Shown: positions 1 through 25,150, counted from the first letter of the stretch. The stretch: 64,000 nt of DNA from Kudoa neothunni (GCA_964304625.1 OZ199838.1:9265245-9329244), one strand, 5' to 3'. A program made the numbers and translations. Notes: generated by a model not told the origin, from the sequence alone.

Positions 1-2516
1 TTGGTGGTGAAATTAGGTCGGAGCAATCGTTTTATTAAGCGTGCACTTAATCTTTGTTTGGCACAAATCTTATTTTTAGATTCGTTCGCGCGTTTAATTT
101 ATACTTATTAAAGCTGCTTTTGGTAATCTCATCGGCACTTTTATCGATTAAACGCTTAAAATAGCTTCTCTGTCAGTTTTGTGGGTGGAAAATTTTATTC
201 TACAATGTAGTTGTATCATGATTATGATTCGAGGTAAATTAAGTGGAACTTTTTTGCGTTAATTGTTGAGAATTAACTTTAAAATCGTATGCAGCCATTG
301 AATGTACGCAACAAATTGATAAGGTTGATAATATTTACAAATGAGAATTCAGTTTAATTATGCCTTGTTAATGAGACAATAAAGCAATGTTTTCAGAGTT
401 GGTACGTTTAAGGTCAACGAGTTTTGAGATAGAATTATTATAAGTGCATGTAACACAATGAGATAATGTGTTAGAAGACATGATACAAAGTATCTGTTCA
501 TATCCCTCAAATAACTCAAAAGTCAAAATGAATATGACGGATTACAATAATTATTCGGCATCGAGCATCAGATTATATTGTATCCCTATTGCATAAGATG
601 GCTATCACTTGAGCAAGTTATTCATAAAATGCTGGACGGATAGACAGTTCTCACGTTTCTCAAGGTTGGGCCATAAGAAAACAGGGCTAAACCCGCACCT
701 AAAATATTTGCATCTCTATTTAAATCCGTACATAAAATGTACTATGCTTTTTTAACTTTTTCTTACCTATATTCAATAAATTCACAGTCGAATCACAATA
801 TGAGAGCTTAAATTGCATAAACTAAGGAATTCCTTGAGAAATATTATAAAAATATGTAATTATTTTTTGAAAAGTCTGATCAAAAAATAACACCTTGTGG
901 AGCTTAAATCTTAAATACCCCTTAAATTATATTCATCCGGTAAGTTTTATTATGGGTCAAAAGTAAAATCAGGTTAGAATAAAGATACTACTGGAATAAG
1001 TACTCAAGATCTTGTTTGCTTTCTTAACAAATCTCTGGATCTCCATTTATTTCTGACGAAACAGATATTTCAAAGGTTTTTAAACATCGCAAAATTTATG
1101 CCAATACAGTTATTTGAAGCAATGCTTCCTGCAAATGTCAATGAAGGAAAACCCCTCTCAAAGAGATTTCCAATTATTATTGTTGAAGATGAGTATTTAA
1201 ATTTGGATAGTTAATAGATAGAACTTAACCCGTAATACAACGGTCATTTCATTTAAAATGATCCAAAGAAATATTGGTATGTGGTAACAAATGAAGGAAG
1301 AGGAGAAACATTTAAGTATCGATTACTGTCAAAATTAATGCTGTCTTTACTTGCTTCGTATCATTCGTGTTGATCGGCTGACAGATTATGTTCATTAGCG
1401 AATAAAAACAAAGTTAAAACAGATTTATATTTGGAGATGAAACAATAAATGCTCTACTATATACTCAGTGTTTACTAAGAGACGCCTGTTGCATGAGATG
1501 GAATCCATGTGACCAATTGACTCAAACGATGGAAAAAATGGACCAATATGATAAGGACAGTGATAATGAATTAATATTTTGATATAGAAATAGATCCTAT
1601 CAACTATTTTTTCTGTTTCGATTAGTTTAATGTTGATAGAATTATATTATTTGTATTATTTTTGAAATATTGTACCTTTTTTTAAATTTTAGTGCGATTT
1701 TAAATTTGTTGGTACTATTCGGCACGATTTAAAAAAATCGTCTGGCAACCCTGGTGAGAAAGTTTATAATCTTAAAAAATTAGCCTATCTTAAATTCCTG
1801 AAAACAATTAAAGATTTCTCAACAAAATTATTCCAAAACGATAATATGAGTACAAATTCACGGGATTAATATATTTAGAGGTTCGTTTTCATTGAGTTTA
1901 GTTGGAAAGGGGCCCTTGAACCAAAAAGACTGAGAATCATTGCATTGAAGATGTTGTCACGTGATAGTTAATTTTAACACCTTATATTTAACTAGTTTTA
2001 TTATCAGTACGGTGTTAGAAACCAATAAGTGGATAGTAATAAATGTTTTTTTAAATTTTTGTAAACGATTTTATTTTTTACAATGAACGTTATTTTTTGA
2101 ATTTTACTTCTCAGCTTGGTATTAGTAGAAAAAATCAATTATATCCCGAATAAAGGTTATTTATAGGTTTCATTCTTATCATTTGATATTTGTAATAAAC
2201 GTTTTCAAATGCTGACGAAGAAATTTTAATGATGTTAAACAAATTTTATTAAATTCTTGTAATTATTCACCTCATTATCAATGGGAATTGACTTCCTCTT
2301 TGAAATATTGAAAACGACAAAATTGCATCCTAATTTGCATAAATTTGTTACTGTCACTAGCATTTAAAACTAAAAGTCGGTATACGTGATCTTACAAGAA
2401 ATTATTATTTTTCGCGCTGTTTGCTGCTCAAATTTCTCTGGTTGCAAGCTTAGTCGATTACTAATTGTTTTTATTTACGTGAGAGCATCCCTCACACTTT
2501 TTATCATCCTTTTTAG

Positions 2517-3418
2517 AGAAACAACTATGGTTATCAATCGCATAAAAATGATAATCGCCGCTGGTGCTAACGTCGTTTTGTGCAGTGGAGGAATTGACGA
2601 TCTCTGCCTAAAGCCGTTCGTCGAATCCAAAGTAATGGCAGTGCGTCGGGTCAAAAAATCCGACCTTCGCCTACTTGCTCAATACACTGGTGGCACTGTC
2701 TGCTTAAGTATGGCCAACACTGACGGTGACGAGAGTTTCGACTCATCATTTCTTGGTTATGCTGATGATGTTGTTCAAACCCGCGTTTCCGATAATGAGC
2801 TTATAGTTGTTAGCGGTGTCAAAAATAAAACCGGTTCATCGATCATCCTTCGGGGAGCCAATGATATGATGTGCGAAGAGATGGATAGAGCTGTTCATGA
2901 TGCGTTGTGTGCAGTGAAACGTGTTATTGAAACTGATTCAGTTGTGGCTGGTGGTGGCGCTGTAGAAGCGGCAGTATCACTTCATCTGGAAAACTTTGCT
3001 TCCTCTATGGTTACTAGAGAACAATTAGCTGTAGCTGAATTTGCTTCGTCTCTTCTTGTCATACCTAGAACATTGGCTGTAAATTCGGCATTTGATTCCA
3101 CTGATTTGGTTGCCAAACTTCGATCGAAACATTATCACTCCCAAATTGATGGTAACAAAGATGATGGTTGTTGGTAAGGCTGAAATTTTTATTAAATTTC
3201 ACACCTTCAAATACTATTATTTATTATTTAGGTACGGATTAGATCTTATCAACGGAAAAATTATTAATAATTTGTTGTCTGGAGTTTTGGAACCAAAAAT
3301 TTCCAAGGTTAAAATGTTGAAATTTGCCACCGAAGCTGCCATTACAATTTTGCGTATTGATGACATGGTGAAATTAAATCCCACCCAAGAAACGCCAAAT
3401 GACGATGGTTGTCATTGA
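2517..3418 (+). CDS. TCP1: T-complex protein 1 subunit alpha (CCT1), last two exons (2517-3173, ~3232-3418); 5' exons lie upstream of the window
   Basis: Motifs GANVVLCSGGIDD, IILRGAND, VVAGGGAVEAA, IPRTLAVN, FATEAAITILRIDD. The exon starts after ttttag (2516) and a GT-AG intron splits the W codon before YGLDL. Confidence 0.95.
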
Positions 3419-3550
3419 TAATTTCTTCAGCCGCGCAACTATCCCTATATATTAGAACTAAACCTAATCTATACAATAAATCGGCATTTTAGCACCATTT
3501 TAGACGCTTCGTATTTTTTCGTTATTGCGCGTACATTGTCGTATTGAGTA

Positions 3551-5058
3551 ATGGTCAGTGAGCGTGTGTTTCTCGGGCGTTTACCTTTTGAAATTAAAAC
3601 AAGAGATGTGGAGGATTTCTTAGAAGATCACGGTTTCAAAAATTACAGAAACGTGATTCTTAAGAATGGCTATGGGTTTGTGGTATACACTTGTTGATGG
3701 TGCATGTGGTGTGACATTTGTATGTGCTCAGGATTTTGAAAATTCAAAAGAGGCAGACGACGCTGTTCGTGAATTGGATAGGAAAGATCTCCTTGGACAA
3801 CGTATCGTATGTGAAGCAGCCAAAGGAGAAAGACGCCGAGAAAACGGTTACGATAGGCGATCTCGTGATCGTGATCGTCCTAGATCTCGCAGTTACTCAA
3901 GAGAAAGGTCGGGCGAATTGTAGATGTTTGTCGAGTGAATTAAACAATCTATGTAGGGTGTCGTCTCGTTATGGTGCCCCCTACAATACCGAATGGAGAA
4001 TAGTTATCAAAAATTTATCGTCTCGTGTTGGTTGGCAGGTATTGTATTTTTGTGGAATTGATTTTAAACAAAAACATTCCGATGACTAATTAATGGCCTT
4101 TTTGCTTTTAACATTAAATTAAACACGGATTGTCAGCCATCGGTAAAAATGTGTTATCGTCCTAAACAATGTGACACGCTTTAATTGGTTGCCAAGCTTT
4201 TTCAACCCACACCATTTTATTTGAAATTTTATTCCAAATTTATTTTAGCCTACCAGATCTGCATTTTTGGGTGTAACTAACATGAGGGATAACCTTGTCT
4301 CTTAATGTGGTTTCGGTTAGAACTAGAATGATTGGGTTAATGATTTTTTGATTCCGATATTACCGTTCACCGACACGACTAGCTTTTTGTTGGCTTGGTC
4401 TATCGATGACGAGATTGGGTCGATTTTTTGCGTCTGTAGCTTACTTTTTGTGCGAAATGCTTTTTGGTTGGTTTTTGTTGTGGCTTTCTTTCTTTGTGTG
4501 CAATTAACATATGTCTTATTGTGGCCTTACTTCTCGCTTTCTCTTTGTTATTGTTTGCTAAATGTCGGCTGGTTCACTAGGAACTTAAAGACCTCTTCAG
4601 GCAGCACGGTAATGTTACCTACGCCGAATGCAACAAACGTACACGCGGAGAAGGGTAAAATTCAATTGTCGATCGGTTGGTCATACAATTTAACGTACTA
4701 TCATTATTAGATTGGTCGAATATGCGACCGAAAGAGAAATGCAAAAAGCCATGACACGTATGCAAGGCATTCAATTCTACGGAAGATCACTTAAATTGGT
4801 TGATGTATATATTATGATCAAATGAAGTTCGACAGGGCTTATCTACACATTTAGGATGCACCGAGCAATAGGCGAAGAAGACGATCGGATTCTTCACCCA
4901 GGCGTAGCAGCCGTCGTCGCTCGCCCTCACGCTCTTCTCCGAGATCTGGATCTCCCCCTTCGTCTACTAAGGCGGGATCTCGCTCTCGTTCACCAAGAAG
5001 GTCACCACCTCGTTTCAGTCCCAGTCCCAGTCCAAGGGACAGAGATGGTAGTGATTAA
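3551..5058 (+). CDS. SR splicing factor of the SRSF4/5/6 (SRp75/40/55) type: RRM1 + pseudo-RRM2 + RS domain; 6 exons
   Basis: Spliced protein MVSERVFLGRLP...KNGYGFV|DFENSKEADDAVRELD...RYGAPYNTEWRIVIKNLSSRVGWQ|ELKDLFRQHGNVTYA...|LVEYAT...RS/SP-rich tail. Introns 3683-3731, 3908-3956, 4039-4580 plus two more short GT-AG introns. Confidence 0.93.
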
Positions 5059-5978
5059 TTCATTGTGTTACCATTGTGGTTGATTATATCGTCTCATTTT
5101 TGACTTTTTTGTTTTTTTGCCAAAATATGTTCCCGATGATCTTTATTTTACTAATAATCAATGTGGTTTATAATGTTAATGAAGTCGAATGTAGTTTGTT
5201 AAAAGTTGACCTCTTTACATCTAATTGATAGAATGTATAGTCATTGGCTACAGTAAGCAATCGATTTTGCACACTTTATCACGCAAGCACACAATAATTA
5301 ATATTCCATTTTAGGAACATAGCAAAAAAAATTGGGGTATTTTTTATTCGTATGACACAAATTAATAAAAATTGTACAACATACGAAAAACCGAGTGATA
5401 TTTGGTTTCAATTTTTGAAAAAATCGATTATTTTGGATTGTGTCTTATTTAGACCCATCCCAACGTATATATCAATTTCAAAATATAATAACATTCGAAA
5501 ACGATTTGAACTTATTTAAATTAGTAAAAAAATTAAATTTTTTTCGGAGAATGCCACTTGGGGTTGCTATATTTGATATGTTGAAATGTCTTACAGTAGC
5601 TATCTTAACGTTTTATAATGGAAGATTTTGAAAGTATTTTATGATTTAGCGTTTTTCTTCTGATGTTCTTATGTTTTTACCAGGGCTTGTCGCTATATTT
5701 CTAATTTTTAGGTGAATAAGGTTATATTAATAAACAGAGTGTCTGGAAAAAAATGTGAAAAATCGTTTAGTCTCATGATTCTGGGTATATATTTTCCGTC
5801 AAGCACAGCCAATTATTTATACTAAAATTACTGTCGAGTTGAATATATTAATTTATATAAAAATTAGGAATATTTGCAAATATAATTAAATAATGTTACA
5901 AAAATTATGCAGGATCGGTTGCTGACTGTATTATCTTTTTTAATTTTATGTCGGAAATATAAGACCTAGTAATTTTCT

Positions 5979-7133
5979 GGAACTGGCTATACCTCAGATA
6001 CCTGATAATCCGATTGTGCCAAGGCCGTATCTCAGGGAATGGATATCTCAAAAATTACCGCACATATTTTATTCATATTTTGCATATTATCTAATATGTA
6101 CTTAAATTACTTTTTTGTAAATCCTAGCAAAGTTTGAACAAGAAATTTTTAAGGGTACACCCAGCCTGGATCCATCAATAATCTAGCGTAATTATCATAT
6201 ATTTTGAAAATTCGGACAAATAAATAATCTATCATTTATTGGATACAAAATAATATAAAAATTTTCATTATTATTTTTATCAGATTATTTTGTATTTCTA
6301 TAGGAAATAGAATATATGATGACTTGAGAATGGGGGTTATAAATCATAAACTATAACAGTTATCACATGCAGAAAATAAGTTTAATACGTAATATTTAAT
6401 TTTACGGTTTACAGATATAATAAGTAATTTATGTACATGTTTATATCCACACTTGTTGACAAATGAATTCCTCCTGACTTTACAATTGACCATATTCTCG
6501 ATGAGATTTTGAGGTTTAAAAATCCGATAATAATAATAATAATTTGATGTTAACTTGTAATAAAGGTTGTTCTACGCTATTATCAGCTTAATCGCTATTA
6601 TTCAATTGCTTCTTATGAGATTTTAATTCATTATTTGTGTCAAGTTTTGTAATTTTGATAAATGAGATCCATATTAAATCAACAGGAGTCTCCTAATTCT
6701 CATTATCAGGAATTAAATCATAAAATATGTCTTTTTCCTTTACTGCCACACATATCTCCGACTAAATCAAATTGTCAATATTGTATTTGCCAACAAACCG
6801 TCACATTTATCGAGGAAAAGAACGATAAAAACGTCATCATGATTCTTAGTTATTTCCCCCGTTAGGTTAATAGTCCATATAACTTTATTAAAAAGTTCCC
6901 CACAAAATTCCGAAGTTATACTAACCAACACCATCGAAAAACTTGTTTTTTATTGTAACTTTTGTCTGAATTTTTTACTATTCAAATTTTTCCAAAACAT
7001 ACAGAAAATTTAGTTGAGTGAATATTAGATGATATTTAAAATATGAATAAGATATGTGCAGTAATTTTGGAGATATTCATTCCCTGAGATATAGCCTGAG
7101 CGCGGCTGGACTATCAAGTATATAGCCACTTCC
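5979..7133. mobile_element. Non-autonomous DNA transposon with long (~190 bp) imperfect terminal inverted repeats; superfamily unassigned
   Basis: Left end ggaactggctata...tatctcagggaatggatatctcaaaaattaccgcacatat matches the reverse complement of the right end, ggaagtggctata...tatctcagggaatgaatatctccaaaattactgcacatat. No coding capacity and no clear TSD. Confidence 0.8.
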
Positions 7134-7438
7134 TATTTATTTTCAATATATACGTGGGTCATCAGATATCTTTCTGAAAACATATGGACTATGGATAAAA
7201 AATAATCTGGAACATTGATATACTTAGTTAAATATAGTCAAAAATAGTGATGCCTGATAAAATGGATTTATGAGAATAGCTAATTTATTGGATAAATTTT
7301 AATGATAGCAATTACTGATCGTGGCAGAGTGAAATTCTATTTATTTTCATGATGATTAATTGATTTATGACAAAATCAATTATTCACAGTCTCTATTCAT
7401 CATATTCAAGCTTTTTAATTAATATATTATGCCCTTTC

Positions 7439-7443
<5 letters not shown>

Positions 7444-7473
<30 letters not shown>
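7444..7473. repeat. (AT)n microsatellite
   Basis: Pure AT dinucleotide run. Confidence 0.95.
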
Positions 7474-7475
<2 letters not shown>

Positions 7476-7915
7476 ATAAATACGTTTTAGCGAATGAAGT
7501 TTAATTCCTTCGATGATAATACCTAATTTTTAATTTAAATGTATTCCTAAAATCTGTATCTTGTTTAGTTTTATGCACAATAGTAAATTAGTACTTTTTT
7601 AAACATGCAATTAGTGACGATTAATTCTATTTCAATCTACAAATACTCAAGTTGCCGACTTTACACAGTCATATCATACAATATATCATCAATGATACTC
7701 CATAAATTAAATTAGAATACAATCTCTCATAGAAACAACAACAACAGACAGGTTTATGCCCAACAACTATACATTAATCTAGTATTCAAAAGAGCTTTCC
7801 CCCAGTTACACATAACCATCCAATAGGGAATATCTGACTTACTAACTCACAATTGTGATTGAAAAATAAAGAAATAGTTATAAAATAAGAAATGGATAAA
7901 ATTCGGACAGCATTA

Positions 7916-8933
7916 TTAGAGATCGATTGATGTGTTGGTGGTAAAACACGTAGATTGACGTGATACAGAATTTTCGGATGCTTGTGGTGTAAATTTGGAT
8001 TTGTGTCGTAGAATTCGGCTTCTAATGGTGTGATGCCATCCAGGAAGACGTTTGCCAGCCGCACTACAAAATATATTCTCACATCCGAAAAAAAAACAAA
8101 TAAAATTACCATAGCAAATCTGCTGTTTTCTGATCAAAGTCTCGAAACCAAACTTGAACACTGGTTACATTATTCTATCGGGTAATAAAAGAGGTACTGT
8201 ATAATCAACTTTAGCCAATAAACACTTATTACCGCACTTCTAAAACGATACACTATTCCAACCACAATATGTGTAGGAAAAAATTGTTCTCCAATAAAAG
8301 TCAGCAACTATATTTCACGAATAATTTTATTATTATTATTATTAAACTTAGAAAACAAACATACAAGAGATTCGAAGAATCGATCCATAATTGTTCTATT
8401 AAGACAAGTGAATAGTACGGTACCGCCATTCTCACATTCTTTATCCTAATGAATCAACATTACAGAATAAGATCTACCACGCCTAGCTATGATTACTTCC
8501 CACATAGGTTTGATACCATGTGTAAAAAATGAAATATCGTAATTATCGTACGTGGGTCGTTTATTCAAGTGCAGATAATATCTCCAAAAAGATTCAACCT
8601 ATATATGTATAATTTAGCCATATAGACAACAAGACCAGCCAAATTGCAATTATCGATCAAATAAAATTAGAAAAAATCACGAACAAATACCGTGTTAAAG
8701 CATCCAATAATTGAGAGATTGCTAGAGAAGGAACTATTTGTAGCTTTGTTGTTATTATCTACAATTCTATTCCATATACAATAGGTTTGATTAAGTTGAT
8801 GTTCGTTTGGATTAACGAGAGGCTGCTCCGGGAATTCAACTTCATAATCTTCCACCTGATGGACAGGAATTGTAACTGTTTGTGAGGATGGATTGTTGGT
8901 TGGTTGTGGGGGGGACGTTTCTGCACTACCCAT
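7916..8933 (-). CDS. Divergent eIF4E-family cap-binding protein, class II (4EHP)-like; 6 coding exons
   Basis: Spliced protein ...EHQLNQTYCIW...FSSNLSIIGCFNT|VESFWRYYLHL...FFTHGIKPMWE|DKECENGG...DRFFESL|LLTFIGEQF...VYRFRSA|NNVTSVQVWFRD...|AAGKRLPG...ILRH. All introns are GT-AG and phase-compatible. Confidence 0.9.
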
Positions 8934-9166
8934 TATATACTTATGAATACGTTTCACGCACGCGCGACAAATTGTTGAATCCTGCGATCGTAATACTGCC
9001 AACTAAAAACAAATCCAAACAAGATACTCATTCATTAATTATTATTGGCGTGCTTATTTAAAGTTGAATGAAAAACGAATGTGTTGGCTATCTTCGGTTA
9101 CTTAGTAAAGAGCTCCGAATTTAGCCGATATTTATTAAAAATTTTTGCATCTCCTTACTAGTTTGA

Positions 9167-21241
<12,075 letters not shown>

Positions 21242-21479
21242 GTTTTGTATTAACTTTTTTATTCCTTCGTACCATTATTTTATGATTACTTTATGAATGA
21301 TTTTTTTGCGTTTTTACTTCGCTTTATCCTGAATGAACTTGTTACATGACAATATTAAAGGATTGATAATTATTAGTTTAAAAAATGGAGACCTCATAAG
21401 TATCATATTGAGGATTATACGGTGTAAGTCAATCACATGATCGAAAAAATTCCTGGGATTTTGTTTAAATATGACTGTA

Positions 21480-21698
21480 CAGTGGTGGGTGACGACTAAT
21501 ATGTACTTTTATTATTATTTACAGAATTTACTACTCGTTATATAAATCGTCGAAGTTTTTTCTTATATATTTAATTTAGATGAGTTTTGAGAAAAAAATT
21601 GTACAGAGTACATAAATTTTAACGCATTGTTGGAATAACGCGCATTTTCGTCCCGGTCTCCACGAGATTAGATTACGTATTATACGTCACCCATTATG
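21480..21698. mobile_element. MITE related to the pogo element at 45918-47981
   Basis: TA-flanked ends cagtggtgggtgacgactaat / cataatgggtgacgtataat (reverse complement) share the tgggtgacg core with the 45918 TIR. Confidence 0.65.
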
Positions 21699-23949
21699 TA
21701 AAGAATAAAAATAAGATGTAAAATGACTGTGATTTCACAATAAGTTTTATTTGAAAAAAATCATACGAATAATTCTTAAAATAGGAATTGATAGGAGAAG
21801 GTGCAGACTTCCCTTCAATTGTTGCCTCGAAAATCACATAAGAAACTGAAGCTATGAATCGGTTTCAGGACTCGTGTCTTGGGTTATTGAAGCATCAATT
21901 TTATCCTCCATGTCTATAGAAATAGAGATATTTTATTAATATTTTAATATAATCAAATATATATTTTAACGAATTATCTAAAAAAATAATTATAATTGTA
22001 TTTTTAATACTATGATTCAATTTTTTACCCTTCAAGCATGTCAAAGACGATAGAACAGTGAGTGAAGTTAAAAAATGACCCCACATTTTGTTTTTACTTA
22101 TTCATATACAATATTTTAATTTGATACTTTTCCCAATAAAAATTTTATTGAATCATTTATTCGACGGAAAAAATTAAAAGTTTTAATTAATTAGTGTGTA
22201 TCATTATCCGGGAATGAAGAGACTGGTAACACTATATGATCAAAATCGTTTATATTAATTTAGATATATAAAGATAATGTTAACAATAATTCACAAGAGT
22301 GAGTCCTCTTTAATGAATTCCACGCTCATATATTTATAGTAGTGAGTGGTAATAAAATACTCCACCAAAATAATTAACTGTGATAATTGTAGACTTCGGA
22401 TGATTATTTTATTTCTCGACGCAATACTGAAAAATTTAAATGTTTAATCTGTAAATTTGTTATAATTAAAACAATGCTATAAGATAATATTTTATTAAAT
22501 TCGCAAAGAACAATAAATGAAAATAATGAATGTTTTTATATTCTTAAACTAACACATTCAACAAGAAATTGAAAACAATAAACTCGTAAACATACAATAA
22601 GAACATGTAACGAACTCCGATAAATTTTTTATTCAATGTTCACTCAAGATTATTAATTAATTTTTTGATTGTAACAATTTCTTGGAATATCTGACTTAGA
22701 AAAGTCGAGGCTATCATCCTACAAATACTACACGCCAAATCAATCGTGTTGTGAATAAAAAGAAGCTAATTCCACCTCAAACTTGTTAAATAAATAGATC
22801 TGCCGTTATTTAACTAGATAGCTCGTCAACTATGTGGTTACTTTTATATAATATTCTATTTATAGAGGATTAAGTAAAAGAAAGAGTATTCTACCCTCAC
22901 AAAAATATCATCATAAATTTACTACTAGGACCTCTTAAATTCATCGCAAGAAACAAGTGATATACGATGGTAATGACATGGTTTAAATTACTATTATCAA
23001 AAACATCAGAATTTAGAATTAATTTGAAGAAAATTCGCATAACACAACTATTTAATTGATGCAACGACAGAAGTATTATATCCGGACAATTCAAAATTAT
23101 ATTCATTAAAAAAACTGAACAAAAAAACCGTTTACCCCTTTATGAGAAAAAATCTGAAATAATTTTTTAATAAAATTACTCAGGCCCTAACAGCAAGGGG
23201 AATAAGTTCGTTTGTCAATGAAACATTACGAAAGATTGCCGACATAAATTGCTATTAATGCATTCAAATAAGCTAAAATCTTTATAAAACCCTATTCTTT
23301 TGACGTCTGAATATCCTATCATATTTATCCAAATGTAAAAAAAATATTTTGGAAAAATGATATGGAATTTCCCAAAACGAAAAACTAATTAATCAAACAA
23401 CTAATCAAAATGATGTATACTGCTTAATTGTATTCCTAATGCAAAAAGAACCCAAATTCTCATTTACTGTAGCTTATGTCAATAAATTAAACATTTAGTA
23501 GCTTTTATATTCACATAGTTGGACCTTATTGTCCCGAGAAAAAAATCGGTTTCACACATAGGGAAAACTGAAACATCTTACGATTTTTAACTTAAATTGG
23601 CATGTTTGTTTAAATTATATAAATTTATTTAGGTTATGGAGAATTTGAAACTTAATAAGATAGATTTTTCATTAAGTCCAGAAAATAAGATCTAATGTTC
23701 CTTATCAAGAAAAAAAATGTAAGACCTGTCATATATTCGAGAGAACATAATAACTTGAAATATCGGAATTGACCGGTAGTGAGAGATAGCTTTTTTAAAA
23801 TTTTTAGTATCGATTGGCCATTCGAATATCAAAACAGGATCGAAATATTTATTATCTACCATATAGTAAAAATTTAATGTACGATTTTAAATTTAACAAA
23901 ATCGATAAAATAATTGCAAAATTTATAGTTTAGTGTTTAATCAGGATGA

Positions 23950-25150
23950 AAGAGATTAATAAACCCAATGATGACTTCGTACAAAAAAAAGAATAAGGCT
24001 AAATATTGCACCTGTTCGCATTTTCTACGAAGGGTATCCTTTAAATACAAAAAATTCGAAAATCACATAATGTAGTATTGTTGACTGGAACCAATTTTTT
24101 AACATTAAGGTGATAATTTTAAATTGGTCGTCTCCATGTTAAAAGTTTTCAAAAATAAAGGTTAGAAAATTGTGGAAACTTTAAAATTAAAAGTATAGTT
24201 TAATAAACTATATAGGATTTACTTTAATAATTTAAAGAGTTATCTTACATCTTACCATCCCATTTTATGTTGCTTTTCTGCAGGATTTCTCTAGTTTGAA
24301 GCTAAACTAATTTTTACTCTATCCTTTCCTGATACAATTTCTGTATTTAAAAATATTCACCCTAAGTAAATCAGTGGAAATTAACTAATATACGATAACT
24401 TAAAAATGTAACATTTAATGTAGATATATTAGGAGAATATTATATTTACAAAATGCACCACTTTTCCTTTACTAACTTCATAACTTTAGTTATCTCAAAA
24501 AAATAATTCGACGAATAAGGAATGGATGAATTCATCCGTTGACTAATGTTGATATAAAAAAATTTATCGTATTATTAAACGCACCTAATTTTTCATTTAA
24601 AAGTGAAATTCACCAAAACATAACTTATTGAATGAATAATGGGTTAATGTTGATTACAACCCTATTAAAAGAATTTAAGTATGAATAGTAATTCAAATTC
24701 ACATATAAACCTGTATTTAAGAAATAATATTTTTACAACTAACGTACTCGTGAGGACACACGTACAGATGAAGGGTTCCATATTTTGTCAGAATATCATA
24801 TATCATGGTATAAATATAAATGTTACCAATTCTAGCGAAAGACCTATCTTTTGTATTCTCATAAGTTAACATTAAAGATTTCGCCGATTGTGCCATTGGA
24901 AATCATTCCACAATACAACTCGATAATATCAATACTCCAGATATGCTATACTACCAAATGCGACCTGTTTCTCTTGATACAAGTTATATAATTGTTTAAC
25001 AAGGTATAATTTTCAAAAATCAAAGATTTATTAACTCTTATATATTTAGAAGTTTCAAATACGTGTCTATCAGCGAAAATATTCTTCAATTCACGCGTAT
25101 ACTAGCACATAGACAGACGCGTCAACGCATCCCCTTATATATAAACAAGA
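23950..25150 (-). mobile_element. Possible very decayed Helitron remnant
   Basis: A tatataagggga...ctgtctatgtg head on the minus strand near 25140 resembles the Helitron heads at 33684 and ~34030. Scattered PIF1-like fragments (FPMAQ, TDEFIHSL, EIVSG) are broken by stops. Confidence 0.25.

Noticed and set aside
1-1960. TE fragments in the TCP1 intron (ctggcaaccctg at ~1742; hAT-like gagaatcattg end at ~1940)
   Set aside because: Only single ends, with no partner TIR or TSD in the window.
2386-2516. N-terminal extension of the 263-aa ORF
   Set aside because: Intron sequence upstream of the ttttag acceptor; CCT1 similarity starts only at ETTMV.
4348-4710. 120-aa hydrophobic ORF
   Set aside because: Translation of a U-rich intron plus an out-of-frame SR exon.
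7786-8112. Alternative frame (VRLANVFLDG...) as the eIF4E C-terminus
   Set aside because: It needs a frame that loses the conserved W166-equivalent (VQVWFRD). The frame ending at 7916 fits better.
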